NCBI GenBank assembly: GCA_963669175.1
Contig: OY769902.1
Coordinates: 992,001 to 1,056,000 of the forward strand
Direction of reading: 5' to 3'
DNA: 64,000 bases
From: a bacterium
Lineage (GTDB): Bacteria > Electryoneota > Electryoneia > Electryoneales > Electryoneaceae
Shown in pieces: positions 30,139-43,300 of this stretch; position 1 is the stretch's first letter, and each line of letters opens with the position of its first letter. The position numbers were made by a program, and so were the translations under genes. The notes beneath the pieces are model-generated. The model worked only from the letters and a program-made list of their open reading frames with translations, was not told the DNA's origin and searched no databases.

Positions 30139-31080
30139 TCACAACTTCTGCTGCCGCATGGTCAGGAAAGCGAACAGCGCCTGGTCCAACGGTGTCTCGG
30201 TAGACAGAAGGTGATGCGCCACGCGATGATGCGAACACCCGGAACGCAGGGTTTCCAGATACTTCTTCATCTCTTCCTGGTATCCTTCTCGCAGTTGCCA
30301 GGGGTTGGCATTCATGGTTTTCCCGGTTTCCAGCTCTTCAAACAGGCTTTCACGGTCAAACGCGAAATCCAGCTCACGCGGGTCCAGAACCTGGAACACC
30401 AGCGCTTCATGGCCATTATGTCGGAAATGATGCAAGCCGGACAGCAATTCTTCGGGATCATCCAGCAGGTCGGAGATCAGGATAACCAGTCCCCGCCGTC
30501 CGATACGCTCCGCGATCTCGTGGAGCACGCTCCCGATGCGAGTACGTCCGCTCGGTTTTGTGCGCTCCAGGGCTCCCCATAATTCAGTCCGCCAGGTTTG
30601 CGCACTCTTGGGAGAATAAGATTCCCGTAGCTGATCATCAAAAAGACCCATCCCGACAGCGTCACGCTGGGTGAGCAACAGAAAGATCAGGGCAGCGGCC
30701 AGGCTACGACCATATTCGAACTTGGTCGCAGTTCCGCCGGCCTTGAAATCCATGGAGGCTGACACATCCAGAAGAATGGTAGCGCGAAGATTGGTCTCTT
30801 CCTGGTACTGTTTGATATAATAACGATCGCTGCGCCCCAGAACCTTCCAGTCCAGGTGGCGTAAAGGGTCGCCGGGCTGGTACATGCGATGCTCGGCGAA
30901 CTCCACGGAGAAGCCATGATAGGGGCTCTTGTGCAGCCCGGTGAGGAAACCTTCCACAACAAGACGGGCACGTAATGACAACGGCTCCAACCGGTGAATC
31001 AGCGAGGAGGAAACCAGTTCTTTGTCAGCATGGAGCGGCAAGACAGCCTCAATGTTTGATCGGACCACGATGTTTGTCAC
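30139..31080 (-). CDS. DUF58 (MoxR-associated vWA-like) protein; exact start uncertain
   Basis: GLHKSPYHGFSVEFAEHRMYQPGDPLRHLDWK, LLDVSASM and LVILISDL. Confidence 0.93.
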   Translation of the reverse strand: MTNIVVRSNIEAVLPLHADKELVSSSLIHRLEPLSLRARLVVEGFLTGLHKSPYHGFSVEFAEHRMYQPGDPLRHLDWKVLGRSDRYYIKQYQEETNLRATILLDVSASMDFKAGGTATKFEYGRSLAAALIFLLLTQRDAVGMGLFDDQLRESYSPKSAQTWRTELWGALERTKPSGRTRIGSVLHEIAERIGRRGLVILISDLLDDPEELLSGLHHFRHNGHEALVFQVLDPRELDFAFDRESLFEELETGKTMNANPWQLREGYQEEMKKYLETLRSGCSHHRVAHHLLSTETPLDQALFAFLTMRQQKL

Positions 31081-31381
31081 AGGTAAGATACGAATTCAGC
31101 ATGGAGCATGTTCCCGGTAAAGGGTCATCCGACAAAAAGGCAGAAAGAAGCTCTCGTAATCGTAAAATAAGGCTCGAATGAAACCGACAGTGCAATTATT
31201 CTACCTCTAATACTTTAAGTTTTTCCTGTTTGTTGCCGATAAAACGAACTGAGAAGTGCTCCGGGATTTGTATTGTCAAGCGAAAAAAAGTATGGCTGTC
31301 GGTTAATTTCGTAGACATCCAGCGTAATAGCTCCTATATTTAAGAATTGGCACTGCTGCAAGAACGAACCGCTGAGGGCAT

Positions 31382-34300
31382 ATGATCGTTGCTAAACGAC
31401 AGTTGAGAAGCTTGCTTTATGCAGGGCTGCTTCTTCTTATTTGTGCTGGTGTTCTGTCGGCACAGACAGAAATCTCCGGCAGCCTTGAGGGTGTTCTCGA
31501 GGAAGATACCTATCTCGCCACAGGTGATATTGAAGTCACGACGTTCAACGACCTGGAAATCGAGCCCGGCACCATCATTTATTTTAACCAGGATATTGAA
31601 TTTACCATCCGTGGCACCCTCATCGCGGAAGGAGCCGTAAATGACAGTATTCTCTTCCTCAACACCGAAGACTCCACCTGGTCCGGCATCACCTTCAACG
31701 GCGCTTTTTCCGACAACAGTTCCATGCGGTATTGCCGTGTCAGCGGCTCAGATCATCGTGGTATTCATATTGTCAACAGCGATCTCAGCTTTGATCATTG
31801 TGTTATATCCGGGAACTCCACCATTGGTTTTGCCGACCTGATCAACCACCGTGGCGCCGGTTTTTATATCTACTCCGGATCGCCCGACATCACGAACTGT
31901 CTTGTTGCCGATAACGAATCCGTCCGTGGCGCTGGTGTCTATATCTGGCGGGATGGCAATCCCTCGATGACCAATACGGTTATTCGTGACAATAACGCCA
32001 TCTTCAATAATCAGAATGAAGGTGGTCATGGTGGCGGTATCTATTTCTATAACTGCAATCCGAGTGTTTCAGACCTGACCGTTTCAGGCAACTACGCCCA
32101 GGATAATGGCGGCGGTATGTATTTCTATAATGCGCATCCGGTTGTCCAGGATTGTGATATCTCCGATAATGAAGCGGATGGCGGCGGTGGCGGTATTGCC
32201 ATGATACAATCAGAAGCCCAGGTTCTGAATTGTGAGATCTATAACAACACCACGGATTTATACGGTGGCGGAATTCACGCTTTCAATGCCTGTGAGCCCA
32301 CGATTGATAAATGTCTTTTCCGGAACAACACTGCCAACCTGCGTGGTGGCGCCATTCATGCCTACAGTGATGGGAATCCGACGATAACCAGAAACACCAT
32401 TGTCTTTAATACCTCTCCGACTGGTGCAGGTATTTACATCGGGTACAATTCAGACGGCACAGTGAATTCGAACATCATTGCCTTTAACATCGAAGGTGAA
32501 GGCGTCAATGCGTCCAACGATTCTCCGTTAAGTGAAATCGCTTATAACAATGTACACAGCAATGATGCCGGGGGGATGTGGGGGAACCTGCCGGATGGAA
32601 CAGGCGTCATTTCGACCGTGAACGAAAACGGTGACCCAAGCGATGTTTACTTCAATATTGATGAAGATCCGCAGTTTACCGATACATTTCTGAACGATTA
32701 TACCCTGGAATCAACTTCGCCAAGTATTAACGCCGGTGATCCTGATCTTCCTGCTGATCCTGATCTTTCCATTGCAGACCAGGGAGCGTTCCCGTATTAC
32801 CAGCACACCCCGATCGCTTTCAGCCTGCTTTCGCCTTTGGACGGCACTATTGTGTACGTTGGTGGTGACACCACGTTGACATGGGAGGCATCTGCAGACC
32901 CAGACGGTCAGGCAGTTCACTATGATGTATGGATGAGTAACTCCCCGGATCTGTCCGATGCGGTGCAGATTGCCGAAGGTCTCCTGGCGACATCGTTTGC
33001 CGTCAATGATCTGGAGGATGACCAGGACTGGTACTGGACGGTTCATGCCACGGACACCAATACCGATGGTCAATGGGCGCGGGACACCTTGCACTTCCAT
33101 ACCCATACGGTTGAAGCGCCGGGCGCATTTGCGCTGGCATCACCTGCCGATGAAAGCATACAGCCAAGCACAGGAGTCATGCTGCGCTGGACTCGCTCCA
33201 TTGATGCCGATCCTGGTGATGAAATCACTTACACCGTCCAATGGTCCGACCATTCCAATTTCAGTCCTGTGTACCAGGGAACCACACAGGACACCATGCT
33301 GTTTATCAATACTCTTCAGGATATTGTAGCAGAGTTTCCTGATAACAGTACGATTTACTGGCGCGTGCGTGCACGAGACAGCTTTAACCAGTATACGTGG
33401 GCAACTCCACAGAGCGGTTGGTCTTTCGATGTGGTCGATCCAGATCCACCAGCGGCATTTGACCTGGTTGGCCCGGGCGATCTGGATACCTGCTGGACCG
33501 GCGATACCACTTTTGTCTGGGAAGCGACAACCGATCCGGACATGGGCGATGAAGTCACCGGGTACATGCTCTGGGTGGCAACCAATCCCAGTTTTACCGC
33601 TAATCTGGACAGTTTCTTCACGACTGGCACATCCTATACGGTAAACAACCTCCAGGATGATGTTGAGTACTGGTGGATGGTCCGTGCGTTGGATAATAAC
33701 ACGAACGGTCGATGGTCCTCTGATGCATGGCGACTAAGAATTTATATCCCTGAAGCGCCGATGGCGTTTAACCTGTCCAGTCCGCCGAACAACGGAGAAG
33801 TGGACAATGATACCGTAAATGTAGTCTGGCATGCGCCGGTCGATCCCGATCCCAACGACCAGATGACCTATACCATCGAATGGACAGAAGACGCATCCTG
33901 GTCAGACTATTACTCAGACACCACAGAAGAGTTGACGTACGAAATTTCAGACCTGTCACAGCCGTTATTAACTGCAAGGCGTGAGCTGGCGGAGAGATAC
34001 CTGTCTGGCGAGTTGGATCTGGATAACATCGGCGGGTTGGATGAGCTGGATGAACTACCTGACGAGACCTGGGTTTACTGGCGTGTTCGCGCCATGGACA
34101 GCTTCGGTAACAGCGTTCAGTGTACTCCGGCTGCCGGCTGGCGTTTTTATGTCAATGTTACGGATCCAATAGAACCGTTCAGCCTGTTCTCGCCCGGCGA
34201 TGGCGATACCTGCTGGACTGGCGACACCACCTTTGCCTGGAACCATACGGAAGACCCCGATGGTATCCTGCTCTATTATCGTTTCCAATGGGCGGAAGAT

Positions 34301-37300
34301 GAAGATTTTACTATCAATGTAGACTCCACCGCAGCAACTTTCGATTCGTTCATGACGATGAACGGGTTCGAAGATGATCAGACCTATTGGTGGCGGGTAC
34401 GTGCCGGAAACCTGTCCGGTTCCTCGCGCATGTCCAGCGAAACCTGGGCATTGAATATCTTCATCCCGGAACCGCCATCTGCGTTTGATCTGCTATCCCC
34501 CCCGGACGAAGACACACTATTTAATGCCACCCCAACGGTTTCATGGCAAGCCTCTGTTGATCCGGACCCCGGTGAAACAGTCCGCTATCGTGTCATCTGG
34601 GCCACAGACGCCGCCTTTACTCAAAATGTCGATTCCTCGGCGGCAACAACTTCCACTTCGGCGACACTGCCAGCCTTGAACGATGATACGACCTACTGGT
34701 GGCGGGTACGTGCGCTTGATCCTCGTGCGGGGGATGTGTGGTCAACATCCACACGTCGATTCCACATTTACATTCCTGAACCACCGGCGGATTTCTCTTA
34801 TCTCGCGCCGGCAAGCGGTAGTGTGGTGGAAGAGGATACGGTCACGGTAAGCTGGCATGCAGCAGTCGATCCCGACCCCAATGATGTCATTACCTATACG
34901 GTATACTGGTCAACCGCGGCAACCTTTAACCCGTTGTACACGGCGACCACAACCGAAACCAGTTACCGGATCTCTGACCTGGCCAGTGTGCTGGGGCATG
35001 GGGTTGATGAACTCGACCAGTTGCCGGACAACCAGCGTATCTTCTGGAAAGTAACCGCTGAAGACAGTTACGGCTTCACCAGTGATGGTTTGCCGACCAC
35101 GGGATGGTCATTCTGGACAAACTACATCGATGAACCGCCTGATCCCTTCAGCCTGCTCTCGCCAAGCAATGATGATACCGTCTGGGCCGGGGACACAACC
35201 CTGACCTGGCAGGCGACAACCGAACCTGATCCGGGTGATGATGTAACCGGGTATATGGTCTGGTGGGCCACCAACAGTGGATTCAGCGATAACCTGGATT
35301 CCGCGGCTGTGGGAGCCGGGGTGACTTCCTACCATCTGGAAGATCTTATCGATGATCATGCCTACTGGTGGAAGGTCCGGGCGCTTGACAACAACACCAA
35401 TGGCCGTTGGTCTACCGATACCCGCAGGTTCCACGCCTTTGTGCCCGATCCGCCTTCTGCGTTTGCACTGGCTGCGCCGGATAGCGGTGATTTGATCGCA
35501 GAGGATACGGTTGTCGTGTACTGGCGGCAATCAACCGATCCTGACCTGAACGATGAGATCACCTATACCGTCATGTGGTCAACCGATCCCGGGTTCGGGA
35601 CCGTATACTCGGGTACGACACAGGACACCTCCTACACAATCACCGATCTGGCCAATCTTGGCCCCCAGGATGAAATCATTGGCAGCGATGAACTGGATGA
35701 ACTTCCCGATGCCACGACCATTTACTGGCGGGTACGAGCGGAGGACAGGTACAACCTGTCTACGATCGGGACGCCATCTCATGGTTGGTCTTTCACGACC
35801 AACCTCCCGACACCGCCACAGCCGTTCAGTCTGTTGAGCCCATCCAATGGGGACACCTGCTGGGGTGGCGATACAACTCTGACCTGGCAAACAGCAATCG
35901 ACCCTGACCCGGATGACGCTGTTCTGCGGTATGTGGTCTGGATTGCTTCCAACAGCGCGTTTACTCAGAATCTGGACAGCATTTCCGTAAATGCTCCGGC
36001 TACGACGCTTGACCTGGAAGACCTTGATGATGACCGGGCGTATTACTGGAAGGTTCGCGCACAGGACGGCAACACGACCGGAAGGTGGTCTTCGACAACC
36101 CGCTATTTCAGGACCTATATCCCGGAAGCTCCTGGCGCTTTTGCTCTGCAAAGCCCGGCGAATGGGGCTGATGTTGACAACGACACAGTGACTGTAAGCT
36201 GGACAGCCGCAGTTGATCCGGACCCCAACGATGTTTTGACTTATACGGTTGAATGGTCCACGCAGAGTAACTTTGCCACATCATACACTGGCTCAACTAC
36301 CAATACCAGCTTCCAGATCACCGACCTGCAGGACTATGTCGGAAATGGTGATGAGCTGGACGAGCTGCCGGATGACACAACGATTTACTGGCGTGTTTCT
36401 GTCAGGGATCGGTTCGGAAACATACGTCAGGCGACTCCTCCTGAGGGATGGTCGTTCCATATTGACATCCCACAGCCACCATTACCCTTCAGCCTGGTCA
36501 GTCCGGCCGATAATGTGACCTGCCGGACAGGAGATACAACCCTGGTCTGGCGCTCCACAACAGACCCGGATCCTGGACAAACGGTTCTCTACACGGTCTG
36601 GTGGGCCAACAACAGCAGTTTCACCAGTAATCTGGATTCTGCGACGACGGCAGACACAACATGTGACCTCAATAATCTGGCTGACGAATCCCATTATTAC
36701 TGGAAAGTTAAAGCTGTTGATGATGACGGGAACGCTACCTGGTCAACACAAACCCGGCGTTTCCTGGTCTATATACCGGAAGCGCCTTCCGCATTCAACC
36801 TGTTGAGTCCTGCTGATGGGGACACTTCCTGGACAGGCAATGCAAACTTGAGTTGGCAAGCCGCAACTGACCCGGACCATGGTGATGTTCTTCATTACGA
36901 AGTCTGGTGGGCGACAAATGCTGCGTTTACTGCCGGAGTAGACAGCCAGGCGGTGACAGGAACCTCCTATACGCTTGCGAACCTGACAGATGACACGCAG
37001 TACTGGTGGAAAGTCAAGGTGGTTGACAATTATAGTCTAAGCGCCTGGTCCACAAGTACGCGCAGTTTCCATGTTTATATCTCAGAAGCGCCGGGAGCCT
37101 TTACCCTTGTCAGCCCGGATAGCGGGGACGTTATTGCAGAAGATACAGTAACCGTAACATGGACAGCTTCGGTTGATCCCGACCCGGGTGACGATGTCAG
37201 CTATCGAGTCGAATGGGCTACGAATCCGTCGTTCACCGGTTATTACAGCGGCACAACGGAAGAAACAACCTTTGATATAACAGATCTGGCTGATATCGTT

Positions 37301-40300
37301 CAGGATCTGGACGAACTGGAAGACGACATCACGGTTTACTGGCGTGTCCGCGCCATCGACAATCACAGTATGGAAACGCTGGCTACACCGAATCATGGCT
37401 GGTCATTCTCCATTTACATCCCGGAAGCGCCTTCTGCATTCGGCCTGTTGAGTCCGGCTAGTGGGGATACCTGCTGGACCGGGGATACCACGCTTACCTG
37501 GCAGGCATCGATTGATCCTGATCCCGACAATGTCATCGCCTACAAGGTCTGGTGGGCGACGAATGCAGCGTTTACCCAGGGACTGGACAGCGCCTCGACC
37601 AATGCGACCAGTTACGCTCTGAACAACCTGCCGGACGACACCCGGTTCTACTGGAAAGTCCGCGCCCAGGATCAGAATTCCACGGGCACCTGGTCAACGG
37701 ATACCCGGTATTTTGATGTCTTCATCCCGGATGCGCCGACAGCGTTCAACCTGTTGACACCGCCGGACGAATCCATATTGGCGATGGATACAGTGACGGT
37801 GACCTGGGAAGCCTCAACCGACGCCGACCCGGGCGATGAGATCACCTACCGTGTCGAATGGGCAACGAATCCCGCGTTCACCGGCTATTACAGCGGAACA
37901 ACACTTGGAACCACGTTAGATATCACCGACCTCGCCGACATGGTGCAGGATCTGGACGAACTTCCCGATGATATCACGGTCTACTGGCGTGTCCGCGCCA
38001 TGGATAAATATGATCAGGAAACGCTGGCAACACCGAATGAAGGCTGGTCTTTCTCGGTCTACATTCCTGAACCGCCTTCTGCATTCAGCCTGTTGAGCCC
38101 CGATGACGGCGATACCTGCTGGACTGGCGATACCACTCTGACCTGGCAGGATTCGACCGATCCCGACCCGGACGATGTTATCACCTACAAAGTCTGGTGG
38201 GCGACCAACGCGGCCTTCACGCAGGGGCTGGACAGCGCATCAACCAATGCGACCAGTTACGCTATGAACAACCTGCCGGACGACACCCGGTTCTACTGGA
38301 AAGCCCGCGCCCAGGATCAGAATTCCACAGGCACATGGTCTACGGAAACCTGGCATTTTGACGTGTTCATCCCCGATGCGCCGACAGCGTTCAACCTGCT
38401 GACACCACCGGACGAGTCCGTGTTGGCGATAGATACGGTGACGGTAACCTGGGAAGCGTCTTCCGACCCCGACCCGGGCGATGAGATCACCTACCGTGTC
38501 GAATGGGCAACAAACCCGGCGTTTACTGGTTATTACAGCGGAACAACACTTGGAACCACTTTCGATATTACCGATCTCGCCGATATGGTGCAGGATCTGG
38601 ACGAGCTTCCCGATGATATCACGGTTTACTGGCGTGTCCGCGCCATGGACAAGTACGATCTCGAAACACTGGCGACACCGAATGAGGGCTGGTCTTTCTC
38701 GGTCTACATTCCTGAACCACCAACCGCGTTCAGCCTGTTACATCCGTCCGATGGCGATACCTGCTGGACCGGCGACACCACCCTGACCTGGCAGGCGTCT
38801 TCCGACCCCGATCCGGGTGACGCGATTACCTACAAGGTCTGGTGGGCGACCAACGCCGCCTTTACGCAGGGACTGGACAGCGCTTCCACTGCCGAAACCA
38901 GCTATGAGTTGAATAACCTGCCGGATGACACCCGCTTCTATTGGAAGGTTCGCGCGCAGGATACAAACACGACGGGTACATGGTCCACACAAAGCTGGCA
39001 CTTCGACGTCTTTATCCCGGATGCGCCGACAGCGTTCAACCTGTTGACACCGCCGGACGGTTCTGTACTGGCGATGGATACAGTGACCGTAACCTGGGAA
39101 GCATCGACTGACGCCGACCCGGGTGATGAGATCACCTACCGTGTCGAATGGGCAACAAACCCGGCGTTTACAGGTTATTACAGCGGAACAACGCTTGGAA
39201 CAACCTTCGATATCACTGATCTGGCTGATGTGGCGCCGGAACTGGATGAGCTTCCCGATGATATCACGGTCTACTGGCGTGTTCGTGCCATGGACAAATA
39301 CGACCAGGAAACACTCGCGACACCAAACGAGGGCTGGTCGTTCTCGATCTTCATTCCCGAGCAACCGGCAGCCTTCAGCCTGCTGAGTCCGGACAATGGA
39401 GACACCTGCTGGACTGGCGATGAAACGCTGAACTGGCAGGCTTCGTCCGATCCTGATCCAGGTGACGCGATTACCTACAAGGTCTGGTGGGCAACCAACG
39501 CAGCCTTTACGCAGGGGCTGGACAGCGCTTCCACTGCGGAAACCAGCTACGAATTGAATAACCTGCCGGACGACACCCGTTTCTGGTGGAAAGTTCGCGC
39601 CCAAGATACCAATACAACCGGAACATGGTCTACGGAAACGTGGCAGTTTGACGTCTTCATACCCGAAACTCCGATAGCCTTCAACCTGACCGGACCTGTT
39701 ACCGGGGACACCTGCTGGACCGGGGATACAACCCTGGTATGGCAGGCAAGCAGCGATAATGACCCGGGCGATGTGATCACCTACAAGGTCTGGTGGGCGA
39801 CCAATGCAGCCTTTACCGAAGGCTTGGACAGCGCCTCCACGTCAGAAACCACATACACACTGAACGGCCTTGATGACGACACCCGCTACTGGTGGAAAGT
39901 CCGGGCGCAGGATCGTTATACCAATGGCACGTGGTCAAACCAGGTATATGATTTTGATGTATTTATAATTGAAGCGCCGGGGGCGTTTTCACTGGTCGCC
40001 CCAACTGATGGCGCTGCAGTGAATGATGATACCGTCACCGTATCCTGGACACAATCCATTGATCCGGATGCCAACGATATTGTGACATATCGTGTTGAAT
40101 GGTCCACCAGTAATACGTTTGCGCCGCTGTACGATGACGAAACCACGGAAACCAGTTACAATATTACCGGGCTGGTGGATATGTTGCAGGATCTGGATGA
40201 ATTGCCCGATGATATGACCGTGTACTGGCGTGTCCGTGCGATTGACCGGTATGGATTTAGCACGACGGCGACACCGTCGGACGGCTGGTCGTTTACCGTA

Positions 40301-43300
40301 CGCATCCCCGAAGAGCCATCGGCGTTCAGCCTGATCGGTCCGGTCAACGGGGATACCTGTTGGACGGGTGACACCACGTTGACATGGCAGGCGTCAGTTG
40401 ATCCTGATCCGGGGGATGTGATCACCTACAAGGTCTGGTGGGCGACCAACGCGGCCTTTACCGAAGGACTGGACAGCGCTTCGACAGCCGCGACCAGCTA
40501 TACCCTGCACAACCTGGCAGACGATACTCGTTTCTGGTGGAAAGTTCGAGCCCAGGATACCAATACATCCGGTGTCTGGTCCACAGAAACAGAGTCCTTT
40601 GATGTCTTCATCCCGGAGGCGCCGGGCGCGTTTGCATTGTTGACTCCTGCCAACGGCGCCCTGATGCCGAATGATACAGTAACCGTGTCCTGGGCGGCTT
40701 CCATCGACCCGGACCCGGGTGATGTTGTGACCTATCGTGTGGAATGGTCCACCAGCAATACGTTTGTTCCGTTGTATGACGATGAAACAACGGAAACAAG
40801 TTATATGATTACCGACTTGCAGGACGTGTTGCAGGATCTCGATGAAATCCCGGACAATACGACTGTCTACTGGCGGATTCGAGTCACGGATAATCGTGGC
40901 ATGGTCAATTGGGGGACGCCCAATGCGGGACGCTCTTTCACCATTCGCATATCCGATGCGCCGTACCCATTCAGCCTGTTAGACCCGCTGGATGGAGACA
41001 CCTGCTGGACCGGCGATACTACGTTGACATGGCAGGTAGCGACAGACCCCGACCCCGGCGATCAGATTGCCTACAAAGTCTGGTGGGCAACCAACGCGGC
41101 CTTTACCGAAGGGCTGGACAGTGTATCGGTTACGGAAGCCAGTTATGCCCTGAACAACCTGGCTGATGATACGGATTACTGGTGGAAGGTTCGGGCTCAG
41201 GACGGTAACAGTTCCGGCACCTGGTCAACCGAAACGAGACGGTTGCATGTCTACATCCCGGAAGCGCCGTCTACCTTCAGCCTGATCGAACCGGAACATG
41301 GCGATACTGTCTGGACCAGCGCCGTAGAGTTGTCCTGGCAGGTTGCAAACGACAACGATCCGAACGATACCGTTGAATACTGGGTTTTCTGGGCTAACGA
41401 TCCCGGCTTTACCACGGGGCTGGATTCTGCGGTAGTGAACCAGGCCAGTTATACCCTGACCGGGTTGATGGATGACCACACCTATTTCTGGAAGGTACGT
41501 GCGCAGGACAATTACACCGGCGGAACCTGGTCAACTCAGACCCGCATGTTCCGGGTGTACATGATTGGATTCCCGGACGCATTCAGCCTGATCGGTCCCT
41601 TGAACGGCGATACCTGCTGGACTGGCGATACGACACTGGTCTGGCATGAAACGACCGACCCCGACCCCGACGATGATATTACCTATGTCATCTGGTGGGC
41701 CAATGATGAAGCCTTTATCGAGGGGCTGGATTCAACCACAACAACAGACACAACCCTGTCGCTGGAAGACCTTTCCGATGATACTCCGTATTGGTGGAAA
41801 GTACGTGCGCAGGACCAGAATACAGCAGGCACATGGTCAACACAAACCTTTGGCTTCCATGTGTACATCCCGGAATCGCCCGTAACCTTCGGGCTGGCAT
41901 TGCCGGAAAATGAGGCGACAGTAACTACCGATACCGTCACTATTTATTGGCATCCGGCCACAGACCCCGATCCCGGTGATGTGATTCATTATGACATCGA
42001 GCTGGCCATGTTGCCGGATTTCAGTCATACCCAGGAAGCTAGCACGTCAGATACCAGCTTTATCATCACAGACTTCATCCAGCAGATGGCTGGAGAACTG
42101 GATGAGCTGGAAGACGATCAAACCTATTACTGGCGTGTGTTCGCTGAGGATCGGTTCGGGCTGAATGTCGGCTGTACGCCCATCACCGGGTATGCCTTCA
42201 CCGTTCATGTCCCGGAACCGCCGGAAGCGTTCAGCCTGATATCACCCTTTGATGAAGATACCTGCTGGACCGGCGATACAACCCTTGTCTGGCATTCTTC
42301 GAGTGACCCGGATCCGGGCGATGTGATCACGTATCATATCTGGATCGCCAACGACGAGCAGTTCACTGTCGGTCTCGATTCGATGGCTACTGCCGACACT
42401 ACCCTGGAACTGGTAGATCTTCCCGATGACACCCCGTTCTGGTGGAAAGTGCGCGCGCAGGACATGAACACCGAAGGAACCTGGTCAACCGAAACGGGCA
42501 TGTTCGAGGTGTTCATCCCGGAGGCGCCTGCCGCCTTCAGCCTGTTGAGCCCGTTGAACGGCGTTACGCTGGAAATGACGGATGTGGACCTTGAATGGCA
42601 GGAATCCAGCGATAACGATCCGGATGATGACCTGGAATATGTGTTGTACTGGTCGCTTTCGGAGAACTTTGTAACGGGAGTGGATTCCATAACCCTGACC
42701 GAGACAGAACACACCCTGGCAGGGCTATCGGATGACACGCAGTACTGGTGGAAAGTCCGTGCGCAGGACCACTACACCGTGGGCACCTGGTCAACCCAAA
42801 CCTGGACCTTCAGCGTGGGTGTGCCGCAATCCCCCTTCCCCTTCAGCCTGATCAGCCCGGTTGAGGGAGATACCATCTGGAGTTCGGAAGGCAATTTCTT
42901 CTGGCATGGCACATCTGATCCTGATCCGGAAGAAGACTTCACCTATCATTTCCAGATCGCTACTGATCCGCTGTTCACGCTGAACTTTGAAGAACAGGTT
43001 CTTGAGATGGATACCGGGGCTGTGGCGACTGGCCTGATGGATGATACCCGCTACTGGTGGCGTGTTGTGGCCATTGACGAACAGGACCACGCGACCTATT
43101 CCAACGAAACCTGGTACTTCGATGTTTATATCCCGGAAGCGCCGGAAGAATTCAGCCTGTTGCTGCCGGAAAATGAAGCCATTATTGAAGATGATACGGT
43201 ATTAGTGTACTGGGAACCGACCACCGACCCCGACCCGGGCGACTGGATCAGGTATACGGTACAGTGGTCCATGTTCGAACAGTTTACCGAATATGCGACC

